The position numbers were made by a program, and so were the translations under genes. This document shows positions 26,702 to 40,499 of a DNA stretch of 64,000 bases, one piece after another (the first letter of the stretch is position 1; each line of letters begins with the position of its first letter). The stretch lies in contig OX597835.1 in the NCBI GenBank assembly GCA_951406725.2, forward strand, positions 62,001 through 126,000, given 5' to 3'. The stretch is from Octopus vulgaris (lineage: Eukaryota). Under the pieces are notes generated by a model. It had not been told where the DNA came from, searched no databases, and saw only the letters and a program-made list of their open reading frames with translations.

Positions 26702-27923
26702 CCGTAAAAACCCATGGAATTTGCAAACCTGTGTAACTTACGCAGGTGATTTTCAGGATAAAATTTGTTAAAAAAGCTTCTACTCATGTAAAATTCGCAC
26801 CCAAAAGTTTTCAGAATTGCCGATATAGCCAGGAGAAAAAGGTTTACAATTTAGTTGCATTTAGCATAATTTCATTTACTTATGATGAGATTTTATTACA
26901 TTTTCATTAAATAAAAATAATTTCTGTTTAACAGTATCACATTGAAAGCTATTAAATTACAAAGGGTTTGCGTTATTTATAATAAACTTTATTTTACATT
27001 TCTTGCCCACAAGAGATTATGTCTGATCTTTAGCGTACTGCTGTATGTCTTCTCAAACCACAATCACAGGAAAAATTGTTGATAAGAATTACCAACAAAA
27101 GCAAAGCTGATAAATACACACAGGTATTGCAAATTAAGTTTAATTACCAATAAACATCAGTTTGAATGACACTTTACGCAACCAAGTAAAATATGTAAAA
27201 TATGGCCTGGACCATGATTACCAGCATGAACGTCAGATTTCAAAAGTAGTTAACCATTTAATGGTTTTAGTAAATTTATACAGAAAAAGTAAATATTATA
27301 CTGTCCAACATAAATAAAAGTCAACATTAGGTGCAGGAGTGGCTGTGTGGTAAGTAGCTTGCTTACCAACCACATGGTTCTGGGTTCAGTCCCACTGCAT
27401 GGCAAGTGTCTTCTACTATAGCCTCGGGCCGACCAAAGCCTTGTGAGTGGATTTGATAGACAGAAACTGAAAGAAGCCTGTCAAATATATGTGTATATAT
27501 ATATGTGTGTGTGTGTTTGTGTTTGTCCCCCCAACATCGCTTGACAACCGATGCTGGTGTGTTTACGACCCCGTAACTTAGCGTTTCGGCAAAAGAGACC
27601 GATAGAATAAGTACTAGGCTTACAAAGTATAAGTCCTGGGTCGATTTGCTCAACTAAAGGCGGTGCTCCAGCATGGCCACAGTCAAATGACTGAAACAAG
27701 TAAAAGAGTAAAAAGAGTATTATTTTTTCTGTAAAAACCTATTCTGATATTAAATGAGTCAACTTCCAGTATGGATGTTTATGCTTTGTACATCATTTTT
27801 CAACAAAAAAAATTTCTAAAAAAATTCTGGAAACAATCTCCTCATGTAATTTACGCACCCACTAATGTTTATTTTATTTTTGCAAAAAAAAAAAAAGGTG
27901 TGTAAATTACATGGGTTTTACAG
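26702..27923. mobile_element. Tc1/pogo-type non-autonomous DNA transposon with nested family-A SINE
   Basis: TA|CCGTAAAAACCCATG ... CATGGGTTTTACAG|TA. Confidence 0.7.
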
Positions 27924-28109
27924 TAATTGTTTTTGATAAGCCATGAAAAGTGTCATCAAAAGAGTTGATCTTTAATTAAAATGTTATTTAAATCTCAGTA
28001 GATGCAGTACAGCTGAACAGTTAAGAATTTCGCTTCACAACCACAAGGTCTCAGGCTCAATCTCACTGCACATCAACTTGAGCAAATGTCATTTTTTTTT
28101 AAGAATTGG

Positions 28110-28204
28110 GTTGATGGTGGTGATGTTGATGTTGATGTTAACAATGAAGGTGGTGATGGTAGCAATAACAATGATGACATCAATGATGACTATGATGATG
28201 ATGG

Positions 28205-28260
<56 letters not shown>

Positions 28261-28330
28261 GTGATGGTGGTGGTGGCGGCGGCGGCGGCAGTGGTGGTGG
28301 TGGTGGTGGTGGTGGCAATGACAACAACAT
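28110..28330. repeat. Compound (GAT)n/(GGT)n/(GGC)n microsatellite at the 5' end of a hydrolase intron
   Basis: Direct inspection; begins within ~10 nt of the 28338 donor. Confidence 0.9.
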
Positions 28331-28338
28331 CAATTTAC

Positions 28339-28513
28339 CTGGGTTTTGGTTCACGAGATGAATTAAAGCATTTACAGCATGTTCCTTCTGAAGGTGATCC
28401 AAACCCGGTGCTTCACTGTCTGGAACATCTCCCAAACCATCTTTGCCGTGATAATATTGGGCATGCTGGGCTCTTTGCATTAATGGATACTTACAACCTT
28501 GAAACACTGGTAT
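28339..28513 (-). CDS. Nucleoside hydrolase coding exon 3
   Basis: tgtttcag|ATA CCA GTG...AAC CCA G|gtaaat; IPVFQGCKYPL...HGKDGLGD...EHAVNALIHLVNQNP (family HGxDGLG motif); 175 nt, phase 0 to 1. Confidence 0.95.
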
Positions 28514-30544
28514 CTGAAACAATATTTTGGTATAAGAATTGAGAGATTGTTTTGCTGGACGTGTGCAATTACTGTTCACCTTACACACCTGTAAATCTAA
28601 ACTGATGAACAAAGGCAAAAACATGGGAGAAGAAGGAATTCCAGGGCTTCACACTCAGGAAAGGAAGGATTGGATATATAGTGGTTAAGGTTGGGAAGGA
28701 AGGATGGGTGCAGTATGAATGATGGAGTGTGCCAGGTGGGCTTTGATGGAGGTTGATACACTATGGCCTAGTTCCAACAAGCAGATGCCATTGTAATTGT
28801 AAGTAGAAAGGTACAGAGTCAATAGCTACTGTAGTGTTAGTGGTGTTATGGGCTGTGATGAGCTGTGTGGTGTTGGTGGAGGGGATTGCAGATGAAGTAG
28901 ACAGAAGTGAAGACTGCAGGGGCCTGTGGGGCAGCCATGGGGCATGTGTGCACAGGAAGCACATGTGGTCAGTTCGAACAGAAACGGCAGCGTGAAAGGA
29001 CGTGTTTATTTCTTGATAGTGATCGCTCATCCCGCCGAGGTCTACAGGTAAGGCCTTTTGTATTTGTTTCTCCCGTTTGCTTTTTCTGTTGTCCTTTCCT
29101 CCATCACACTACAGCTACAGAAAGTCTACAGGCTAGAGGTAGGAGTTAATTGGTGAGTAATTAGGGGAGGAAAAGAAGAGCAACATCCCTGGGCCTTTGG
29201 TGGGATGAAAGAAGAAAGTTAAACTGAACGTTGATACTTGAAACAGAGCATGCTCTACTATAGACACCCAAGAGTCAGGTGGTGGTGTTAAACTAGGTTA
29301 TCAATTAAATCTATCATCCATGACCAGGTATAATCACCCTGATAAGCTTCCATGCCATTTCTATCTTATAAAGTTTGGGTCAACTTCAAATTATGACAGA
29401 GGATATTTGCTCAAGGCACTGCACAGTAGATGTCAATCTTGGTACTATATGACTACAGTACATTCACCTATTTGTGTGTATGTACACACACAAACATATA
29501 TATATATATATATACATGCAACCATGGTTCCAGCCTTATGAAAATTTTCAGTGGAAAAACAAAAGTTTGTTACCATCATCTCTATATGGTTGCTTGACTT
29601 AATAAATATAGCAACAGTGCTTTACAGTACTTAGTGTAGTAGTTATATAGCTGTACAATAATATGGAGGAGTTTTAAAAGTCTGCCTCAAGCCTACAGGT
29701 TCAGTGAGGTCAGAATTTGTTTGAATGTTCAAGGAGTTTAGACTGAAAGTACAAGATCCCCTTTTGTTCCTGAACAGGACACTAATCTGTCACTGTGTTA
29801 AACTCCAGCTATCGCTAGTAGTAATTTTCACCAATGGGAAATGAAATGCTTTTCTCAAGGACACAACATGCCACCTGGTTCAGAAACCCATGATATAGTT
29901 AAGTAGATGGAAATGGTGAAATAAAGGCATTTCCAATTTTTATTTTTAAGATAAAAAAAATGGAAATACCTTTAGCAGAAGCTCATCAGAATGATTGCAC
30001 TTGTTCTTAAGTGGCTGATTAAATAGATCACCCCATTTAATATCACCATCTGGTTCTTAGGTAGCTATAGCTGAGTCCCCTCTGCTCTGATCATATGCTC
30101 TGAGTATAACTTTCTCCTTTAATTCTCACCAGTCTCAGAGGCCCAGTAAAAAGGCCAGGGACGTTGTTGCTCTTCCTTTTCTGTTTAGTACAAAGTAGAG
30201 AACAGCTAGCCTTGGTAACATATACTATGCTTTTACTAATTGTTTTAGATGCCTGTGTAGTCGTGAGCAGACAGAGACACCTCAGCCTACTCTCCCTCGA
30301 CCCAGAAAGACATACAAAATGCAACAGTTAGAGAGAGAGAGAGAGAGAGAGAGAAAGCGTTAGAGATGTACCAGTACTCATTTATAGCTGAGAAGACTAA
30401 AGCAATGTGAAATACCCTTATTCAAACACACAACATGCCACCTAGTTCTGGAATTGAACACACAACCTTGTTTGTCATTATGAGCTGAACACCCTGAAGT
30501 CTTTGTTATTTGTTGAGAAAGGAGGGAAATAAAAGAATACTTAC

Positions 30545-30725
30545 ATCTTGTCTATTGGCTACCTTCAGTAACCGTAGCGTGTTCAAACTAGTATTCATAA
30601 CAGGGGCATTGCCCTGAACAGTTGTTATGGCAACAACATCTACACTGCTATCCTTACCCAGGGCCATCAAAATAGCCTGAGCATCATCGATACCAGGGTC
30701 TGTATCAATTATGATTTTCTTATTG
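30545..30725 (-). CDS. Nucleoside hydrolase coding exon 2 (N-terminal Ca2+-binding DxDxxxDD motif)
   Basis: ttttaccag|C AAT AAG...CAA GAT|gtaagt; encodes NKKIIIDTDPGIDDAQAILMALGKDSSVDVVAITTVQGNAPVMNTSLNTLRLLKVANRQD. Confidence 0.95.
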
Positions 30726-30881
30726 CTGGTAAAAGAAAAAAACAAAAGGAACAAGAAATGAAATAAAACCAAATGAAAAAGGTGCAAGCATGGCAGTGTG
30801 GTTCAGAAATTTGTTTCCCAAACACACATTTCAGGTTCAATCACACTGTGTGGTACCTTGGGTAAGTGTTTTCTACCATGT

Positions 30882-31303
30882 CCGGTAAGTTCATCGTCAT
30901 CAATTCACTGCAGGGAAAGTTCACCATCATCAATTCACCACAGGGAATCTCCATTTGACAATTTTTAAAAACCTTTTAATTACAAATTTTCTATAATAAT
31001 TTTCAATTTTATCATAGCTTTTTAATGTCAAACAGGATTTTGAATAATATAAATTTGAATTTTGTGTTGATTTATGTTGTAAAGAAGTGTGAATTGAAAG
31101 TTAAGTTTATTTTTCTTCTTATTTAGTACATACTATGTTTTAACCCAAAAGGTAAAATCCCTGATTACATGTTTTGATCTCCATTACTTTCAGTTTTTTC
31201 CTCAGTAAAATAGTGTTTAACTGTTAATGGTGAGATACTATGGATATATTTTCTTGGTAAACTTTCCTCGCGGTGAACTTCCTTCACAGTGAACTTATCT
31301 GTA
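30882..31303. mobile_element. MITE with subterminal GTTCACC-type repeats inserted in a family-A SINE
   Basis: CCGGTAAGTTCA... / ...GTGAACTTATCTG inverted ends; SINE halves at 30780-30880 and 31310-31385. Confidence 0.5.
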
Positions 31304-31602
31304 ATCCTTTTCTATATTTCTCACGAGTAAACCAAGGCTTTGTGAGTTAATTTGGTAGACAAAAACTGAAAGAAGCCTGTTGTTTATGAGTGTGTGTGTG
31401 TGTGTATGTGTGTGTGTGTGTGTGTATGTTTGTATATACTTTGGGTATGGTAGATGAGTTCAGCAAAAATTTGGATTCAGATGAATATGGTACTTAAGTT
31501 GAGGCACTAGAATTTAGTATGGTATTATCCATACAATTTCAAAGTAAGGTGATTAAAATCAAAATAAGTTTAGAATTATACTCCCTAATATTATTATTAT
31601 TA

Positions 31603-31666
<64 letters not shown>

Positions 31667-31895
31667 TATATATATAATAAAATTATGTATATATATATAT
31701 ACACACATACATACAGACATAAACACATATATACAATACATACATACATATGTGGTAAGAAGTTAGCTTCCCAACCACATGGTTCTGGGTTCAGTCCCAC
31801 TGCATGGAACCTTGGGCAAATGTTTCTACTATGCCCTTGAGTCAACTAAAGGTTTGTGAGTAGATTGCATAGATGGAAAGTGAAAAAACTCATAG

Positions 31896-31957
<62 letters not shown>

Positions 31958-32569
31958 TGTGTGTGCGTTTGTGTGTGTGCATATATATCATCATCATCAT
32001 CATCATCATTAATAACTGCTGTGTTGAAAACCATCCAATGAATTTTAATGATGGATGAGCTCTATAGTAAATTATACATTATACAGAGGACACAGCCATA
32101 ACAGGTGATCCTACCATCTAACCCTGACAATCATGCCCTTTTCTCACGCATTGTATATCTAAGACTTCAACATTCAAATGGTTTTGCACTAGTTTTGAAA
32201 TAACAGGGCGAGATTTGACCCAATCTATGATAAAAGATATTCCAGAGGTGGCCATCCTTTTCTTCTCTCTGACACTGAATGTCTAGGACTACACAATTTA
32301 TTGCGCCTCCCACTCTACTTTCAAGCTAAGATGGTATAATCTATGGAGCATAGCACACAGTGTCAACGTTGAGCCCCCGGCCCTTTCGTCATTGTTTTGT
32401 GACAATTTTCTTGGTTAATGACCCTAAATTTCTTGGTTAATGTTTACAACCTATCAAAAGGGCATACATTACGATTATAAAGGAATTTGTGGGGAAAATT
32501 TTTTCCAAGGGGCGGGGAGAGGACTTCTGAAAATTCACAAGATTCAAGTTTTTCCCTCATAACAGTATA

Positions 32570-32600
<31 letters not shown>

Positions 32601-32662
32601 ATACATGTGTGTATATATATGTGTGTATATAAGTGTGTGTATATATCAGATCACTATATATG

Positions 32663-32701
<39 letters not shown>

Positions 32702-32889
32702 CTAGAGAGAAAGTAATAACGAGTGAATGAGAATAACGACGAAGGGTTAAAAAAGCGTAAAAATAATTGAAAATAAAACAAAATTGAAACCAAAACACTA
32801 ACAATTATTGAAAGTGGGTAGAAATAAACACCACGTAGTGTAGTGGTACTACGCTAGGGTATCTGTAGCAAGTTGAATGTGATTTCGGA

Positions 32890-33255
32890 ATATAACGAGG
32901 AAAAATTCGGATCTTAGGAATTCTCCGAAAGTACTCTCTCCACCTCAAGATTTTCCCCTCAAATTACTTTATAATTGTAATCTATGCCGTTTGAAAGGTA
33001 TTTATATAAAATTACATTGAAAAAATCCCATTTTCCTAAAAGTTACGAGGGAAGAACTGGGATCTTGTGAATTTTCCGAGGTATTCTCCCCACCCCCTTG
33101 AAAAAGATTTTCCCCTCAAATTACTTTATAATCGTAATGTATGCCATTTGAAAAGTATTTCTAGAAAATTTCATTGAAAAAATCCCATTTTCCTTAAAGT
33201 TATGAGGGAAAAACTCGGATCTTGTGAATTTTCCGAGGTCCTCTCCCCACCCTCC
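32890..33255. repeat. ~155-bp tandem repeat, about 2.3 copies
   Basis: GGATCTT(A/G).GAATT.TCCGA motif recurring at ~32909, ~33059 and ~33217, with CCCCTCAAATTACTTTATAAT shared. Confidence 0.7.
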
Positions 33256-33451
33256 CGTTGCTTTGTGCGCATTTTTTTTTATTCATATTCGTTTCCTACA
33301 CATTTTTTTTTACCCCCATTGCACTATTTTTTTACTGATTTTCATTTCCGGGTCAAGTAGTAAACATTAACCATTTTCTTTAATGTTAAACATCGATCAA
33401 AGTACCAGGCGCCCTGAGTGTGCAGTTGTATGATCAGACGTATTCCAATCA

Positions 33452-33747
33452 GGTACTACTTGAGAACAGTGCGTAGTCGCACATCCGCGCTAGCTAGTCA
33501 TGACTAGTCGATCCTTACTTTGTGTTATTTATGCTGTTTAAAAAATTTCCAATTGGGCGAACAAACGAAACATTGCCAAAAATTATTTACTTTGTGATTT
33601 ATTTACTTTGTTTTAAAAAAATTATTTATTTTGTGTTTTATTTACTTTGCTAGGTAGTCGTTGTAGGATCGACCAGTCACGACTAGCTAGCGCGGATGCG
33701 CGACTACGCGAGTGCGTACACCGGGACCACTGTTCTCAAGTAGTACC
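33452..33747. mobile_element. MULE-like MITE with 9-bp target duplication (related right end at 50265-50347)
   Basis: TIR GGTACTACTTGAGAACAGTG / CACTGTTCTCAAGTAGTACC; flanks TTCCAATCA and TTCCAATCG. Confidence 0.75.
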
Positions 33748-34353
33748 TTCCAATCGTGCCCATCCCAACTTTTTGTACACATAGGACTATGTTGTTCAAC
33801 GAGCCCTTCCTGATCAAAGATTATAGGACGTGATTGGAGTGAATATAGCTATGATTTTTAGATGGTTGAGAACCACATAGATTATTTCTTTATTTCGATT
33901 CGATTATTTCTTTTTCCCTTTACTACGTATATTGATTCATATTCCATGCTCTGCCGGTGCTCTAGTAATAATTGTCTGCCATGAATTTTGTGCTGTTATG
34001 TAAATGAGCTTGTGCTGTGGGGATATTACTTAATTGTTTTATTCATTAAGCCTTGAGCTTTTATCATTATAGTTTAGGAGTAAAAAGATGGGAGAAGCCA
34101 ACAATAATAATGAAACCAGTCAGTTCGTTCCACATCCGTTCAAAACTGCCGAAAAACCTCCACCCTAATGGTCATAATTCAACGCGAAGATTGTAACTAA
34201 ACACAGCAGGAGGTAGTTTTTATCAACTTCCTCTGCTACGATCATTACACAGTAAAAAAATATTGGGTTTCACGCACACACGCACACATGCACGCACGTA
34301 CGCGCGCGCGCACATTGTACTTTGGGAGAGTAGTACAAAAACGAAGATAGATT

Positions 34354-34421
<68 letters not shown>

Positions 34422-34963
34422 TGCGCACACAATGAAATATAATCATAAAATTGATAAAATACTAACGAATTCATTCGACTGATGGTGTTAATTACACGAG
34501 GCAGGTTATGTAACGTTCTCTTCGTTATTCCGAGAAGTCGCATTTTGTAGCTCCGCCTATGAGAATTACGAGAAAGAAAGAAACGGAGGCAAACGCGTCC
34601 GCATGTGACAATAAACTTTGATGCTGCCAATCTGAGTTGAGATTGCTATTCCAAGTTAAAATTGAGACAACAAACGTGTTTATACAGAAAACAACTCCTC
34701 CCACCAATAACATTTAGAAATGTAAGTGGAACGAAATGATTTCATTCCGAAATCGAAACCCTTTGATAAACTCAATTGTTTGGGTTCCTAACTCCTCTAA
34801 AGCAATGTCAAAATTGGGATATTGATCGTGCAGATGGGAGAACGTTTCTCAACAGCATTTAGCAGCTGTAGTAGACTGCGATCAGAAATCGAAACTGACT
34901 TACAAATGCAGTTAATTATTCGAGTTATTTATTTCTAACTTCACAGTACTCATTATAAACTTG

Positions 34964-34964
<1 letters not shown>

Positions 34965-35015
<51 letters not shown>

Positions 35016-35730
35016 TAACAACATTGTGTACAGTGCTCAGGTGCACTACAATTCATCTAAAGTGTATGTATAATCAGGTGTAGTTTCGGCGGATTTCGGA
35101 AAGCATGAGGGCCTTAAAGGATGCAGTGTCATGGCAGTCAACAACTGACGCAGGCAGTTTGTTCCATGCTTCAGCAACTCTAAGCGTGAAAAAATGTTTC
35201 CGAAAGTCATGGGAGCTCTGTTGTTTTCTGACTTCGTAGGCATGTCCACGTGTGTTAGACACATGGAGATCAAAAAGGTGTTCAGTGTTGTTGTTGATGA
35301 GGTGGTTGATAACTTTGTGGGTGTTTACCAAGTCCATCGCCAGACGCCGGAGCTTCAGTGAATCCATGCCCAGGGAAACAAGGCGCTCAGAGTATGGTAG
35401 GTGTCTGATGGAGGGTATGCGTTTGGTTGCACGTCTCTGAACAGATTCCAGGAGGTCAATGTTCTGAGCAAGATAGGGGTTCCAAACTGATGATGCGAAT
35501 TCCAAGTGTAGTTGTACCATAGCTGTATACAGTTTTAAATAGATGGCTGGAGAGCGGCTAACAAAAGTCTTGCGGAGTGATGCCAAGACACCCTCAGCCT
35601 TCTTGACAATTTTAGAGATATGCTTTGTCCAACGCAAATCACTGCTGACAGTGATGCCTAGGTCACGCTCGCAAGAGGATTTCTTGATATCAGTGTTGTG
35701 GAGGGAGTATGTGGACGCAGGGTTTATACA
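34965..35730 (-). mobile_element. CR1-clade LINE 3' fragment (second family) with (TTA)n tail
   Basis: ERDLGITVSSDL...LEFASSVWNPY...LESVQRRATKRI...YSERL..L...SLKLRRL...RVAEAWNKLP. Confidence 0.9.
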
Positions 35731-36404
35731 AGCGTAACCACATGGTTCCGGGTTCAGTCCCACTGCATGGCACCTTGGGCAAGTGTCTTCTACTATAGTC
35801 TCGGGCCAACCAAAACTGAAAGAAGCCCGTCATATATATATATATATGTGTGTGTGTGTGTTTGTGTGTCTGTGTTTACGTCCCCGTAACTTAGCGGTTC
35901 AGCAAAAAAGACCCATAGAATAAGTACTAGGCTTACAAAGAATAAGTCCTGGGGTCGATGTGCTCGAGTAAAGGCGGTGCTTCAGCATGGCCACAGTCGA
36001 ATGACTGAAACTAGTAAAAGAGTAAAAAGAATATACACATCTCTCCAGTTTTGTTTCAAAATGAGAAATGATCTTGATACGAGAGGGATTATTGTTGTTT
36101 GATCCAATATTTTTAACAGTTGTTCAGCCCTAGGTCAGCCCTGATCCAGTATTCTTAATTGTTGTTCTTGTTTGATTCCAAGTCAGCCCTTACAAATAAT
36201 TCTAAATGTTTAGTTCAGCTCAAACCCAATCAAGCAAATATATAATTAAAAAATACGGCAAGACTTCCGCCCGTATTCCCCACCAAAAAAAAGACCCTTA
36301 AAAAATTTTTTTTTCCGACACCACATCACCCTTTTCGACTACGAGGAATACGAATCTATAAAAAAATCGGCATTTTTAAATTACCCCCCTCCCCACACGC
36401 CTTA

Positions 36405-37356
36405 CAATAATATAAATATGGATAAATGAATAAGAGTGCCAGAAGGAATAAGAGAAGACGACACAACCGTAAAACGTAAAGTGAAAGGTTTTATTTAGAT
36501 GTTAGTAGAGTGTGTGTCCGTGAGTACAACATAAGTACATACATAATAAGAACAATAATAGACAGACCGTCAAGCATACAATAATGTGTATGTGTGTACA
36601 AACAAGGGTGTATGCGTGTGAGATAAAATACAGAGTATAGAAATGTGTCTATAACAGAACGCTAGAAGTTCAGACACAAGATGAAGATAAATACCAGTTC
36701 GTAGTAAGGTACACAATAGTAGAATCTCTGTACAATAAGTTGAGGTTACAAGGCAGAGCCGGTTGAACACATGTCGTGTAAGCGGTTGTGGCTGCTATGC
36801 TGTGCCGGGTTACTTGGTACAGAAGGTACTCGCAGGTTGAGCTTGCTGTTAACCATGGTGAAGTATTCACAAACAGCGTGAAGTTAAACCAAAACGAAGT
36901 TGTTGGCATCGATAAGATGAAGGCGATGGTGGTGGAGGCGTCGTTAAGATGAAGACGATGAAGGTGGAGGTCCGAAAATGCTGCTAGTGTTGTCTGTTGC
37001 TGGAACTGGCTGTGTCGCTGGGTGCTCTATGGTCAGGGGTTAGTCCTTAGAAAGACTAGAACCAAAGACGAGTTACGATGAATCGCTGAAGTTTTTATAG
37101 CAAATTAGGAAGCTCCAGCAGAGAATTTAGAAGACTGTGTCACGGGGCCTTACCAGAAAGCTGCGATTGGTTGGGTTGCACATTGGCGCGTAATAGAACA
37201 AGAAACAAATTGCGTTTTTGAGAGTGTGGATTACATTAGATTGAAAATTGAAACAAGTTTGAAAAGAATAAGTGAAAATGCTAAAGTTTAGTGGTAACGA
37301 AGTCTGGGCAGAATAGATGAAGAATGATAAATTCTTCTAAAAAAAGTGTGATACAA
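36405..37356 (-). mobile_element. Probable solo LTR
   Basis: Minus strand starts TGTATCAC, then CCAAT boxes (~37166-37172), TATAAAA (~37093-37099) and AATAAA (~36490). No ORF; 3' CA end and TSD not confirmed. Confidence 0.4.
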
Positions 37357-37384
37357 GTAAAAGTATATTTTTACATTTGACGGA

Positions 37385-38430
37385 TATTTTCCTAATCTTT
37401 GTTGTTGTTGACACAACATTTCGGCTGATACACCCTCCAGCCTTCATCAGGTGTCTTGGGGAAATTTCGAATCTGGGTTCTCATTCCCAAGTATGGATTC
37501 AGGACATCCGTATACCGCAAGCCGACTTTCACTGGACGATACCTTAACTTTAATTCCCACCATCCATACAGTGTAAAGAGAGGGATTGCTAAAACATCGA
37601 GCAATGAATATAAGTAGCGATCGTGATACCCACCACGAAGAAATTATCAAGCTCAGTAACAATCTCTTAAGCAACAAATACCCCCAAAACATACTATCTA
37701 CTCCAATTATGAAGAAAAGAGAGATGAAACCAATAAACTGTCTACAGTCTGTCTACCCTATGTGAAAGGACTCTCCGAAAAGATACAAAAATTATGCGGC
37801 CCATATGACCTCAGGACAGTATTCAAGAGTAATACTTCGCAAATGTCTCCTTCGGGTAAAACCACCAATAGAAGAGAATATGACCAAAAACTGCGTGTAC
37901 TCCATCCCATGCAGCTGTGGTAGGTTATACAAAGGCGAAACATGCCGCCCCCTCAAAATAAGGGTAGAGGAACATCACAAAGCTGTGACACGAAGAGATA
38001 TTGATAAATCGGGTATAGCTGATCATGTATAGGAAAATGAAGACCACCTCCCCCTGTGGGATGAAGTTAAAATAATAGACAGAGAACACTATTGGAAAAT
38101 ACTGAAAAAAATAAGCAACACATATGCTAGGACACAACAACCTCCTAAGCAGACCGAGTGCAGATATGAATAGAATATTGGAACCGGTATTAAGGAAGGA
38201 TAGGAAAATATTAGATTTATAAGCCCTAAAATTCACTCCATAATTGCCTACAGACAAATGGCGCAGTGGTTAAGAGCGTGGAATAACAACAACCTCGAAA
38301 AATACCTTAGGAACAAGAACCCAGATTCGAAATTTCCCCAAGACACCTGATGAAGGCTGAAGGGTATATCAGCCGAACTGTTAACAACAAACAAGATGAT
38401 GACATGTAAATAATGTACACAATTCCTCAT
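37385..38430 (+). mobile_element. Penelope-like element (RT C-terminus and GIY-YIG endonuclease, degenerate) with inverted pLTRs
   Basis: VYRKPTFTGRYLNFNSHHP, LPYVKGLSEKI, CVYSIPCSCGRLYKGETCRPLKIRVEEH...KSGIADH; 37395-37481 is an inverted copy of 38316-38398. Confidence 0.9.
37410..37455 (-). ncRNA. Minimal type I hammerhead ribozyme motif in Penelope pLTR (degenerate second copy on + at 38342-38383)
   Basis: GACAC-CTGATGA-A-GGCTG(gagggtgtat)CAGCC-GAAA-TGTT-GTGTC: perfect stems I and II and canonical core. Confidence 0.75.
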
Positions 38431-39407
38431 CTCTTATAATATTAAAACAAATTATCTTTTACATACCTCTTGAAAATCACTGGATATATTAATCGCGAGT
38501 CCTGCACCCCCTTTTGTCCGAAACACCAAAATAAAGGATTTGCGGGAAAGTAGGAGGTCAGGGGTGTTGATTCCACGCGAAAAGTACAAGTTTTTTGGGG
38601 GGTGGGGAGTGAAAAGTGTGGGAGTGCACTTGTAAAAATTTACCAATTTTTATAGCTACAAGACTATACATCTAGGATCAAGAAGGGGTTAGTTGATTAA
38701 ATCCTCCCCAGTACATTGCAGACAGTTTATTTAGTAATCTTTCGACTGATTATAAAATGAAAAAAGGCAGTGAGCAAGCAGAACCGCCGCACGCTGGACA
38801 AAATGCTTAGCGGCATTTCGACCGTCTGCACGTTCGGAGTTCAAATTCCGCCGAGATCGATTTTATCTTTCATCCTTTCGGTATCGATAAAACAAGTACC
38901 AGTTGAGTACTGGACTCGATATAATTGACTTTCCCCTCCCCCAAATTTCAGGCCTTGAAAAGGAAAAACGATCGCGAGTAGCCGGCATTAAAAAAAATAT
39001 TATAAATTGAAGTTTTAGAAAACTTCTTGTTTAGAAACATAATCTCCGTAAAATAATAAGATAAAAACAAAAACAAAAAAATTGATTGTGGAAGAAAATC
39101 AAAAGTGTTGTTTTTTTTTTTGTTTTTTTTTTTTTGCAAAATTCATTGAAAACATTAATTACAAAAGATTTTGACAGAGAGAAAAAGTGCTGTGCCTATT
39201 TGACACGTTCGCCTTCAACCCCGTAATTGACGAAAAGCAGTTGACATGAGTATAATTGGGGCGTAGCTACAGTGAACGCAACAACTTCCATCTAGGATTT
39301 TCCGATCCTCAGACCATTCTGCTAAATACGGATCATTTATAAAAAAAAAAAAGTATTAAAAGTAAACAGTATAATATATTTAAAAACAAATCACGTTTGA
39401 AACTTAC

Positions 39408-39412
39408 CCCAT
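39408..39412 (-). CDS. Nucleoside hydrolase (IU-NH family), first coding bases ATG GG inside a mostly 5'UTR exon (39408-39487)
   Basis: Minus strand reads ...CAAGAATT ATG GG|gtaagt. The phase-2 donor matches the phase-2 acceptor at 30725 (GG+C=Gly, giving MGNKKIIIDTD). In-frame TAA upstream of the ATG; pyrimidine-rich acceptor ctctccttacag at 39488. Confidence 0.7.
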
Positions 39413-40446
39413 AATTCTTGCAGAAGTTGTTTATGTAACAGCAAAGTATGATCTATACACACATGGGTAGGTGTAAGGAATATGTAGCTGTAAGGAGAGA
39501 CGGGGGGCAGTAGGTGAAACACGCGCGCGCGCGCGCATATACACACATACATATATACATGTCTGCTATACACAATTTTAAACACGTGATTATCTGTGTA
39601 CGTCTGTAAGTGTGTGTGTGTGTGTGCGACGTCCTATAACTGTTTGTGTCTCTACTTTTGTCAGGTTTCCCCTATTTCTGTCAGATATTGAGATTTTCTC
39701 ATTACGTCAAGATTTTCAAATTTGGTCATATTGAAATAATTCTCCACGTTAAATCTGATTTTGTTATTTATTTGTTCCAGAAAAAACTGTAGAAAAATAT
39801 TACTGAGATTTAAAGTGCAATAAATTTTACCTAATGAGAAAACAAGATTTGGAAGCTGGCATTTTCTGCGTGATAGTTGCATGATAGCTTTACTGAGCTC
39901 TCTTTTCGTGACAGATTACGAAATAGAAGCAAAATCGTCGAGAGGAGAAATTTTTATCAACAAACGAAAACAAAGCATTGAGACGTCCGAAGTTGTAAGA
40001 AGTACTTATTCTATCGGTCTCCTTTGCCGAACCGCTAAGTTACGGGAACATAAACATACCAACATCGGTTGTCAAGCAATGGCGGTGGTGGTGGGACAAA
40101 GACACACGCGCGCGCACACACACACATATATACGACGGGCTTCTTTCAGTTTCCGTATATATAAACAATTGCGGCGTGGAAGGTGTTTATAAGCCATTTA
40201 AAAAGCACACAAATATCGTTGGATTCACTTCAATATTTAAATTTAATTTGTCAAAATATTTTAGTCGCTTTGAAACAAATAAAATTTAAATGTTGAAGTG
40301 AATCTAATAGTTTTTGTGTGTTTTTTTAAATGGCTTATAAACACCTATGCTGCAATTGTTTTTGTTTCAGCACACGATCTCAGATCAAGTCTCTTGCTAT
40401 GCAAGTACATTTCCGTAATATATATATGCATGTATGTATGTATGTA

Positions 40447-40499
<53 letters not shown>

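Noticed and set aside
28078-28624. Poly-Met, poly-Asp and poly-Pro/Ser ORFs
   Set aside because: Trinucleotide microsatellite in an intron; only 28339-28513 is coding, bounded by canonical splice sites.
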